Source: Balanoglossus misakiensis
Lineage: Eukaryota > Animalia > Hemichordata
Length of the DNA: 64,000 bases
Direction: 5' to 3'
Assembly (NCBI GenBank): GCA_040954595.2
Contig: CM082597.2
Coordinates: 5,151,244-5,215,243 of the forward strand
This document shows, piece by piece, positions 14,401-25,622 of this stretch. The notes beneath the pieces are model-generated. The model made no database searches. It saw nothing but the letters and a program-made list of their open reading frames with translations, and was not told where the DNA came from. Positions within the stretch are counted from its first letter, which is position 1; the number at the start of each line of letters is the position of its first letter. The position numbers were made by a program, and so were the translations under genes.

Positions 14401-17400
14401 GTGCACGCGCGAAGTACTATACTAAACAGAAAAAAAATCCATAACGCTATTCAACAATGTAGCAACAATGTATACGAACAATGGAAGCGACACCAAAGGA
14501 AAGTCTGCAGCTACAAAACGCAGACAGAACGACTCAAATCTTGTCTCGCAATCCCACCAATTTAACAGAAATTCCGTCGGACTGATGCCCAAATTTGTCA
14601 AGCCTTACTGAATGACGATCTATGGACCTAACAGGCAATTCAAACGGCCGCGTAAACGTAACACGATCGAGCCTTGACGGCGTAGACCGGTCCCTTCCAA
14701 GTCATGGGTCGATATACCTTGCGCACGGCAGAACGTGCGCGGAGAGATGTGCTGAAAAGACCTGAGCGTTGCGCTCACACGAATACCAAGAAAAACCTCG
14801 GAATTACGATCCGTAGACAACGAAAACTCTCAGAGGTTATAGACAAAGTGTTCCCACAAACGTGGAGAAAGGTTAGAACGAAAATATAAGAAAGATAGAG
14901 GTAAAGTACGAAGTCAGATCCCTACAACCGAGAGCATGATGCTCACAGTTCAACCGCCATGTCTCGTCTGCCGTTGATGTCGAGGGGAGTCACTATATAT
15001 GCAACCAGCCCACGTGATACAAGCTCCGCCCCCAATAGTGGAAAATAGTTTCTCCTGCTATAGGGTAGCCCAGTCTGAGAATCAGGAAAAAGTCGTATTT
15101 CTTGAGATCCGAGTCTTGTACGTGTACGGCATTTGACCTAGCATTAACATAACAATGTATTGAAAGTTATTTTGTATCGTGTTGCTCGACTTTTGATTTT
15201 ATATGACAGTCATAATGAATATACATAAATAATTATTTTGCTTGGATTTAATTCATCTTCCGATCTGAAATATGTACATTGTAGGCTTATAAACATTGTT
15301 ATATTGTAATAATCAAAACACATCAGCATTATTCCGATCAAAATTATAAATTTAAAAATCGGCTCAAAGCTTCATGCTGGTAAACAATATATTTTAACGG
15401 AAATTATGTCGGACTGACTTGCAATCTGCAGACTCCCACAAATTATACATGATACTATCATAGACACGAAACAGGTCATACTAAGAACAATAAGCCTTAA
15501 ATAGGGGCCTATGTGGGGCTTGTGAGAAATGAACTTGACTCAATTTAATTCTGCACTTCATCGCTCACTTCCCCATCAGATAATAACATTAGAGGTGGCA
15601 AAATTCATAAAGTCATCAGGTTGATAAACATTGGACGCCTCCACAGACCGACCTGGAGTTTTATAGTGCACGCGCGAAGTACTATACTAAACAGAAAAAA
15701 AATCCATAACGCTATTCAACAATGTAGCAACAATGTATACGAACAATGGAAGCGACACCAAAGGAAAGTCTGCAGCTACAAAACGCAGACAGAACGACTC
15801 AAATCTTGTCTCGCAATCCCACCAATTTAACAGAAATTCCGTCGGACTGATGCCCAAATTTGTCAAGCCTTACTGAATGACGATCTATGGACCTAACAGG
15901 CAATTCAAACGGCCGCGTAAACGTAACACGATCGAGCCTTGACGGCGTAGACCGGTCCCTTCCAAGTCATGGGTCGATATACCCTGCGCACGGCAGAACG
16001 TGCGCTGAGAGATGTGCTGAAAAGACCGACCGACCTGAGCGTTGCGCTCACACAAATACCAAGAAAAACCTCGGAATTACGATCCGTAGACAACTAAAAC
16101 TCTCAGAGGTTACAGACAAAGTGTTCCCACAGGCGTGGGGAAGGGTTAGAACGAAAATATAAGAAAGATAGAGGTTCAGATCCCTACAACCGAGAGCAAG
16201 ATGCTCACAGTTCAACCGCCATGTCTCGTCTGCCGTTGATGCCGAAGGGAGTCACTATATATGCAACCAGCCCACGTGATACAAGCTCCGCCCCCAATAG
16301 TGGGAAATAGTTTCTCCTGCTATAGGGTAGCCCAGTCTGAGAATCAGGAAAAAGTCGTATTTCTTGAGATGCGAGTCGTATACGTGTACGGCATTTGACC
16401 TAGCATTACCATAACAATGTATTGAAAGTTATTTTGTAGCGTGTTGCTTGACTTTTGATTTTATAAGACAGTCATAATGAATATACAGAAATAATTATTT
16501 TGCTTGGATTTAATTCCATAGTTATAATTGTTGACTTTTGAAAGAGAAATTTCTCCCCCAAAACCTGAATAAGCTCCCTCTCCGTTTTGTAGGAGGATAT
16601 GGCAGTGTACAATGACGTCAACAACTGTGGGGGCGGTCTGTTGAGCCACTGTCTTCAGTCAAATTCACAGCAGTCAGAAGCGTTCTGTTTCGACCTTGCA
16701 CTTGGTCTGGAAGACCAGAAACTGAAACCATTGATTCGCACCTCGGCGACAAACAAGGAGCTAACGTTTGAGGATTTCGAGTCTGTTGTGAAGGACGTGG
16801 AGACTGCGTACTTCCAGGCAGCAAGGGGTCCGTACAAGTATTTGATTTACCGGACGGTGCTTGTTGAAGTAAGTGTAGGTAAATGAAGGCAGCACACAGA
16901 TATAGGCAGACACAGCTTCATTCATCTCAGTGTAAATGAAAAAAAAAATGTTGTGAAATGCTATTTGCATTGATTTGAACTAGCTAATGTGACATCAACA
17001 TTGATATTCTTTTTATTTTGATCACATAGTCATTGTTCTGTTAATGCAAGTGGTGGTGAAATGTGCTCCATTGGACATAAATACAAAAGTCTGTGAATAA
17101 TATAAAGGGATTTGTTTCAACACCCATACCACCATATGTATTACTAGTATGTTATCAACGCCACGAAAAATGCTCTGACCCCTATTCGCACTTCCTATGC
17201 CATTTTCAGCGATTCACCGAGTTTTACTACGAAGGCGAGGGATATCTCCAAAACCTCAAAAACTATAAACCAACCAGTGAAATTGACAGCCTGGAAAAGA
17301 GTGCTTTCGAGTACGGCGCTGCTGCGGAGGAAAAGGTGGGGTTGTCTGTCTCACTACTGGAGGCGATGTCTTTGATTTTTAAAGTCAGTCGGTTATTTAA

Positions 17401-18704
17401 TGCAATAATACAAGGAGACAGTATATTCAATACTGTTTTAAATTATTAATTGGATTTTTCGGTTCATCAACGGGTGATGAATTATATGATTAATAAATTT
17501 ACATGGTGACTGTGTCCCTCCACACCCAAATCATCACCTCCATCTCGTCTTACAGGTGATGAAGATAACTTCTGAACTTATGAAGTATCAAATGCAGACT
17601 GAAGCCCGTGCACAAGTAATATATGTTCCTTATTTGATCTTTTCAAGCCTACATACTACAGCAAATTGCGTTGTGGACAATTGCAGTTTCATTTGTGCAA
17701 GTTTGCACACTTTTACCACATGCATGCACAGCAACATAAGGGTTATTGGCAATACAACAGGGCGAATTTTCATATGCGGTTGCAATTGTTGCTTCGATAT
17801 GATTATCTTGTTGTACAATGTGAAGTCCTCTATTCTCAAATACCATAACCGTTGAAAATATGGCTGCTCCGATCAATAATTGCCTTTCGAATAAACCCTC
17901 CGAATTGTCATTCTATTTTCTGACCGTATAACAATTTATTAAACGTCACCTATCACCAGATATGCGCGGAAATAGATGGAATAGATCGTGAACGTGACGT
18001 CACATCCACTGATTTCAAGGAAAGGCTGAAGGCGTTGCATCTGCAATGTGACAATCTGCGGGGAACACACGTGGATTTGGTGGAGGAGCTAGAATTGTTT
18101 GAGGAAGACTTGGATCGTGAGCATCTTATCATGGTGACAAAGTTGGAGATTAGGAAACGAGACTTGCTGGAAGAAAAAGGCGAGTGTTCAAAATCATTTG
18201 TGTTTCTGTGATATGTTTTCAATGTGCATTGATGTTGATAAAATGCATTTCATAACAGCCTGTCGATAGTTTTTCGCTATTTAGAAGTATGTAAAATTCT
18301 CATAAGGTATTGCTACATACACTCACTGATTTTGAAATAATGTCTCCATAGATAACCCTGTGTAAATAATTTGCATAATTGCAGACGAGCTGGAGAAGGC
18401 ACTGGCAGGCAACCCAACATGCAATGGTAAGAAACAAAATTATAAGAGCGACACCCATTTGCTTTTGGATCGACACAATCTACTAAAGATAGTGATTTCT
18501 CTTTTGTTGCATTCGCAAAATATATTTTGGTTTTGCTAAAATCATTTCACACAGATCTCAGTTTCTGCAGGTTAATGCATATCGATAATTTACAGACATA
18601 AATTATGCTAATATAACCAGTCACTATCACGTGATTTTTTCTCTTTGTTTTCAGACGAAGATGGGGTTCCTATGTCACCGGAGACGCATTGTTTAATACT
18701 GTGA
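8418..18704 (+). CDS. Death domain-fused GBP-like pseudo-GTPase with C-terminal CaaX
   Basis: Exons: 8418-8697 (death-domain-like: LDELGLKLGLDQSSVEGL...FVKLWQSQGKDTSPENLVKMLKEMNR), 9044-9127, 9258/9261-9521, 9844-10045, 10243-10402, 10774-11029, 11528-11826, 16593-16868, 17210-17335, 17556-17615, 17960-18179 (GC donor), 18385-18426, 18655-18704. The exon layout and sequence parallel the upstream GBP (LLSSMLIYN, FFPHFMWVVND, LLTYFP, AKKAWP, PCDE, MAVY, QAARGP). Ends SPETHCLIL*. Confidence 0.9.
11846..16517. repeat. Intronic tandem array of a ~1.27 kb unit, ~3.7 copies
   Basis: The unit marker ttttatagtgcacgc occurs at 11846, 13124, 14394 and 15659 (spacings 1278, 1270, 1265). Copies are highly similar, and the short ORF MGRYTLRTAER... 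recurs in three of them. Confidence 0.97.
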
Positions 18705-20847
18705 TTGGTAATAGGAGCCTGGTCCTTCAGCACGCTTTGTAGGAACTAAGGTCAACAAAGAGGACAACGACATTTTCCAATATGTACATACATTCATCAC
18801 ATTTTATGTAACTACTTGTTGTACAAAGCCCCCACCCACTAAACGTTAACGGAACTCACTACTCCGGAAAGGATGTATTCTTTGATACAGTAACATGTTA
18901 ATGTGGTTGAAAGTGCCATAGCATCGTTGGCTTGGCTACTAAATTTGTCGTCAGTATCTTACTGAAATAGAATGGTAAATGTGCTTGATTCTCAAAAGTA
19001 ATACATTTACCGTTAGTGTGTTGATATTGGTTTCGAAGAGTCAACGAGACGCTCTTATGTATTTTGAGTATCCACATGACTGTAAATTCGGTGGACTGAT
19101 CTCTGAGCTCGCCTTCTGGGAGACAAATTTAGAAGATTGTAACTTAAATAACGTCATACATGTATATTAAAGCGTGACAGTTCAAGCCTTGCCTTGTCGT
19201 CAACTTGTGTAGGCCTATGCCACGATTTTGGTCAAGCAGGAATCCCTTACCCTATGTATGCGTTACTCGCACGACGAGCTGTGCTTGTTTGCACATAACT
19301 GGAATCAGCAGAAGAATAACTACCCCGCATTTCTTTGCAGAAATACCCTGTCCCAGAACAGCTACAGGGAGAGAGTCAGTATTTTGAAACAGTATAGGAT
19401 GTATAACCTCACAGTTGAACCTACCGGTCTATATAGGCGGAGTAGGTATCATGTAACGTTAGCGAGGCTGACGGCTAGCTCGTGTAAGATTGGCTCATTT
19501 GTAATTTATCATGTGAATGAACGGTAAATCATCAACTTTGCAACGGTTGAAACGCGATGGCAGTGGTAAGAAACGCTCATAAATTACTGATTTACTGACT
19601 GCAGCGTGACTCGATGACTTGGATGTTAACATGTTTTCAGAATTGCAGGGTGACGCGGATCTTTAATAAACCAAAATGTCTTCGTGGAAAGTAAGATTTC
19701 TCTCATACCGACTTTCAAGGGAACAATTCCAGCGTGTTAATGCGTCTTTGATTGATGTCTGCTGTACGCGTTCGCGTGACAAGAGCGTACCGCGTATACC
19801 AACATCCAATCAAATTACACAACGCATCCGCCTCGTTGGCTTGTTCTAAGAATTTCTCGACGGCTTTCCGAAGTAACAGTATCGAGTTCTAACCGGGTCA
19901 GTTCCCCGTGCTTATCCCGTCTTTTAGTTTCGCAGCAAACACTTTAGGTCTCCATAATCAGCTGTGGTCTCTAGGGAACACTTTTATATAAAATATATAA
20001 CTTCCCGTTTTTTATCGAGGGTTTTCGCGTACCCGGCGAACGTTCCCAAGGCTTTGTCCTCTGAGAAAAATGCATATAATACATAATTGTAAATTATGTT
20101 TAATTGGTTGGTATCCTATATGAGATTTTTTTTGGTGGAAGACTTTCACGTTTAACTTTCCTTAGCATGGTTCAACCCCCCCCCCCCAAAAAAAAAAAAA
20201 AAAAAAAAAAAATTATGAAAAGGCCACTATTTGTAACGTCTCAGGCTGTCATTTGTCATAATTGGTGTTTAGTGTATCAGCTACATTCCCGTCTTCTTTT
20301 ACAAAAATGTACCTATGGCATCCCGACACACCAAGTTTTCTGCTTGTCATGTGTATGTGTATCGGTCAATGGTATTCTTGACAAACGCATTTAAGTCCGG
20401 ACTTTAATTTAAATGTCAAATGTTCACACATGGGCTATGATGAGAAGACTAACACTGCATATTTAACCTTGCTCAATGGAGCTAAACAAAAAACATGGTC
20501 CTAACACAAAAAATACACTGAAAATGTCAATAATTAGAGAGTGAACCTTTAAAGACGCCTCTTGGAATTTTAGAGCAAACACACACAACCCCATAAACGC
20601 CCGGTCTGTCTGCGAGCCTTCAGTCCCCGAACAAAAAAGGTAATTATTTACATATAAACACGTATGGACCAATCCGGATCGGTCGTGAATACGTTTGACG
20701 CGTACGCGGAAATACATAATTTTTTTTGCAGTGTCTGTAAGCGTCCGTTTAAGCCAGACGTCAGCTGAGAAACATCTGATCGTTTTTCATGGGTGCACAG
20801 CATGTCCGGAATGGTTTGACCAGTGCTGACCAGGCCGGAGTTTCGAA

Positions 20848-23800
20848 ATGGCGGTTGACAGAGGCATTGCGATATGGAGGGTGTTGATGTTGTGCGGTAA
20901 GTACCTTGTTGGTGTACGGGTACAGTGAGTGAGCGGTCATAAACGTTTTGAACCATGCACACAGCAGAAAGGATCATGGTGGCGTCCTGTGGATTTTAAA
21001 AAGCCCAGGCCTCCATTCTTAATCAGTCTTTTAGTCATCTGCTGGTTCATGTTTAAGGTTGGAAGTCTTTCTGCGTTTAGTGTTATGTTATATTGGTATT
21101 TAAATATCTCTGTGAGGTGTATCCCAGGCAAAAACATGCGGTCTGACCGCAACGCGGAAGTGACCACAAATAGACCACAAAATGGCTGCTTCACTTCAGC
21201 GAAGAGTTTCCACTTCGCGATTGTAGCTGTACAGTGCCAAATAACAATTCAAGCCGTAAAAGAGGTTGGGAGTTGCATAACCTGGATTGTCAACTCTCGT
21301 CAGGTGTCACCATCGTGTTTTAGCTGTAGGCCTTATGATGAATGTGCTGTATAGTGTCATGTTGGTTGTTGAAGCTCGGAATGAACCTTTGGACAGTTCA
21401 AACGTGAATCGTCGAAGTTGCACGGGCTATAATTAATAAAACACTAGTGTTTTCAACGTCTTGGCGTATGAGTTGTGTTTTCGTATGCCTTCAAACGCAC
21501 AGGGCCGGCCTAGCGACGCACACAGTCACAGTAGCCGCGGGTCGATCAAGTGACCTTGGAACTGTTTGCACTATTTGCTCGGCTATTCAGGCTTTGAAAC
21601 AGAAGGGGGTAGTTCTGACTTCAGACTTTAAACTGCATACTTTACTTTGTACGTGGGTGCCAGCGAAGAAAACCATTCACAATTACCACCACCACTTTCC
21701 TTCCACCAATGTTGTAAAACAATATATTTTAAACCGTGGCATGACTACACTTGTAAACGTTTTCAAGACACTGTATCTGTCGGGGCATAAAAGAAAAGTG
21801 GCTGGTGTAATAGGGTCACGCCTCATCGCAAACTTGGGGGGGGGGGGGGTTGTACTCCTATAGAAAGGTGGACGGGTATGTGCAGCCCAGAGAGGCCTCT
21901 TTCCACTGAAAAAAACTTAACATGGGTCGTATATTAATCCGAAATAACATTACTGAACATGGGTCGATAATATAGCTGTAGTATCTGAGTGCTCTTGGAA
22001 AACCGGTACAAGCAACGCTGAGAACAACGATTCTGGTCATTGAAGATATCCCAACTATTGACCAGAAATCGCTTCAAGTACGATGGGCCAATTCTTGGGG
22101 TATCTGTTGACTGAAGTTTCGAACTCTGGCCCCACCCCCACCCCCGTTCGGAAAACTGAACTTTGACGATCACGTCCCAACGAAATAAGAAACCAAGCTG
22201 CGAGGAGTTATTTCCGTTTTCCTGCTCATGGAATAAACACAATTTATTATTAGTATAGTACCCTCGAATGTTTGGTGATAAACTTTAAAGAGAATACATT
22301 TAAGGGAGTCTTCAGTATTTACAGGGGGTGGGCCGGGGTGGTTAAGCGTACACCTGGACTCTAAAATATGACCCTCCCCCATATCCTCCCTTCTAAAATG
22401 TGACCCTCCCCCTTGTCCGACATTGTAAACCCTGACCCCCATCCCACCACTTTAGGACATTTTGTGCCATGATATACAGTACACTGATGTATATTAAGTA
22501 TTTCACCACCATGATTTGTCTTTAATCTAATGTATCTATTGTTTTATATGGCAAAGTTGGACCTCTACTCAGGCAACTTGAGGTGAAAGTGTTTAACATG
22601 CCAGAAGCTGTTACTTTTGTTCCATGAAGATGATGATGATGGTGGTGGTGGTGGTGGTTGTGGTGGTGGCGGCGGCGTAATTTACTAGGGAGCTTTAACA
22701 ATGAAGAATTTCACTTATAGGAAATTAAAACAGCGTTGAAATTGCATCCTCCTCAGATTAAAACTGCGGCAGCTTCAAAAAAACTGGGCATGTGTTAACT
22801 GAAACCATGGCTTCACTTGATGGAGTTGTGAAGTGGCGCTTCTTGCGTGACTTTCGACAGGTCATAAAGCGATCGACGACACGTGACTTGTGCTACCTTA
22901 CGCGTGATGTTTAACTGGTGATCGTTTTGATGTGAACATCCGCCGCCTTTAATTTAGATCCCATATCCGGGGGACAATTGTTCTACGGGAACCCAGTTCA
23001 TTTCAGAATGCCACAACACTTTGGTGTAAGCTCCACTCATGTTCAGTAGTGTGTTACTAGTAAAATAAGTTTTATGACCCAATCTCGTCCCTCTACCAAT
23101 CAGCTCTTGTGTTGGATTTTGACTGCAGTAATCCCATTGGTAGCATGAGTAATTGTGATAACAGAGGCATTGGTTCATAATATTTAGTTTGCGATGTAGG
23201 ATGTAGCTTTTTGCTGCTTTTGTATTTAATTCACACACAGTCCCTGTGTGTGCAGATTCTTTCAGGTGGTGGTGGTGGTGTGTGGGGGGGGGGGGGAGGA
23301 GAGATTAATAAGCCGGTACATATTCGTAATGTAGAAAACGACAAAAGGAGAAGTTGAGTGGCGGTTATTCCTGAGTGTTCAAACATATTGGATTTGAACA
23401 AGATCGGATTACTAGAGTCAGGCATCAGGCGATAACAGTAGGACCCCTGTTTACCCTGGACTGTAGTATTGTAGGAGGAAATGTTTACACCTACAGTTTG
23501 TGGTCGTGCGATCTTGAACGGTTAGGGTCATTTGAAAGCACGACACGGTTTGGTTGTCACTCAGCTGGTAGCCAGAGTTTGACAGATGAGGGTGGGTCAA
23601 CCCCCCCCCCCCCCGAATATGGCCTATGGCGTATTGCAGAACCAAAATGGCGCTGAAACTGAGCAACAGGACTATGTGCACTGAACCATGGGTAAACGAA
23701 CCGGAGTTGTTAAGCAACTTAGCTATATTACTTGGGGTGAAAGGTTATTGACATGAGACTATTACTCGGTGGCCGATTGCAGCGGTTTACATCTACCTGT

Positions 23801-25569
23801 CTATGGGGGTGGTTATTTATGTAGGGTCATCACACTCATCTTGGAAGAGAGCACGTTAATTTCTGGGGATAAATGTCAAACTTTACACCATGTATACCCT
23901 GGGCACGTAGCATATCTTATATCTCCCTTAAGCAGGGTACTCTCAGATGCAGTTCATTGTTATCATATTTCATAGCCTTACACCGTATGTTGAACTTAGA
24001 GGAAACAACTATTGCAATATTGTCATTTTCTTGCGAAAAGGGGGCTTTAATAAATTATATAAAGAAAACACAAACTGATAGAGTAGGATGGGAATACCAA
24101 TATTTTCGATTTAGTGTAGACTCATGATCTTATGAATTTGTGAAATTGTTGCTTAGAGCAGTCGGCTCGAACCAGGAACGCCGTGAAAAAATGGTTACAC
24201 CGGAAATAACATGATCATCAAGTTCCTTCTGTGCCAGGCAATTGTGTTATGGGGATGAAAAATAACCAAGAGTTCGGTTACAGATCACTGTATTCCCTTA
24301 TACTTGGTGATGTCTGTTTTAACCAACTTCACCACGACCTGAACACTTATACTTATTGCAAATGTAATACTGAATCACATTGATTGCACAAGACTGGTAG
24401 GCACAGGGCTGGATACTTTCAAGTCAGAAACGGTTGTCGAGGATTGAGGCCGTGTTCATTGTAATGCTGTCTTAAGTGGTTTATGTGTTGAAATTTCATG
24501 AATACGGTATACGCGATACATGCCTTCGGGCACGTTTTTCTCACGACTAGAAAGAGGAAGTAAATCCGCTCGCAAATTAAACACCTCCCTTTGTTAGGAA
24601 CAATGTCGCAGCCTTTAAGCGTAGGCGTAGGAGTCAGGGCACCCCTCGGGGGAAATTGAATCGGCCTTTCAGAATTTACCTTTGAACCGTGTGATGCTGC
24701 CCGCAGTAACATAACGATTGGTGTTAGTACGCTATAACCTTACAGTATACTATCCCAGTCTCATACAGTCACATGACAGCAGATCATCTGGCATCGCTGG
24801 CCTAATAATATTTGCTAGTTCACTTTGAAAGGTCAGTGACATCTGTAAGTGGCCATCTACAGGTGTTGCGAAACGTTCGGTTATTTTTTTCTTCCATATG
24901 CAGTTGTTCCGTATGCAAATAATATAGCTAAGCTTTGTATGAAACTAGAATTGGCGCAAAATTTAACAAAAATTGTAACTTTTGTGCCGTTTTACACGAT
25001 GAACCATTTGCTGTTTGCCCTGTGTTGCGAGAATGTCCCGCCATATTGCCTAGCCAAGCGAAATCTCGCAAGCTCTCGTGGAGTTCGGAAAACCGTCTAT
25101 TTAACAATGTCTGTATCATTCCAGGCATCAGTGTGGCCGCGAGTGCAGGCAGCATACAGACTGTAACGGCCACAGGGCAAGAGGGAAAAGATGCGATTCT
25201 GGAATGGACTTTGGAAAAACCGGACGGCGACTTCCACGACCAAACGGTAAAGTGGGAACGAAAGAGGGAGGGGGATTGGATTGTTGTAGCAGCATCATTT
25301 TCTGACTCTGTCAGTAATCTTCACCCGCGATATAATATCAACAGTGACTACTCCCTGGTGATTCACAACGTGACGATATCAGACGAAGACCTCTACAAGT
25401 GCTTGGTCTCCTACAAGCGCAAAAATCCACAAGAGTCTGACGGGACATATATAACTCTTGTTCAGCGCGTAAATCTAACTGTCATAAGTAAGTTAACCAA
25501 GGCTTTTATTGTAAACACGTGTGTAATCTGTTACTGATATGGGTAGAGCAAATCTGTCCCTGTCCAAAA

Positions 25570-25622
<53 letters not shown>

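Noticed and set aside
12166-16162. Repeated 61-aa ORF MGRYTLRTAER... as a multi-copy gene
   Set aside because: It recurs only because of the tandem array, is disrupted by an insertion in copy 4, and has no recognisable domain.
11846-16517. CRISPR-like array or rDNA/histone repeat
   Set aside because: Eukaryotic intron, no repeat-spacer structure, and no rRNA or histone sequence recognised.
8418-18704. Calling the death-domain GBP a pseudogene
   Set aside because: There are no stops or frameshifts across 13 exons, and splice sites and the CaaX box are preserved. The degeneration is concentrated in the catalytic motifs.
20648-21354. Overlapping ORFs as a LINE or transposon remnant
   Set aside because: No RT, endonuclease or transposase motifs. 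The region is better explained as the RTK promoter, first exon and start of intron 1.
22300-22450. TTAA-GGGAGTC transposon-like left end
   Set aside because: No matching right terminus was found; at most a fragment.
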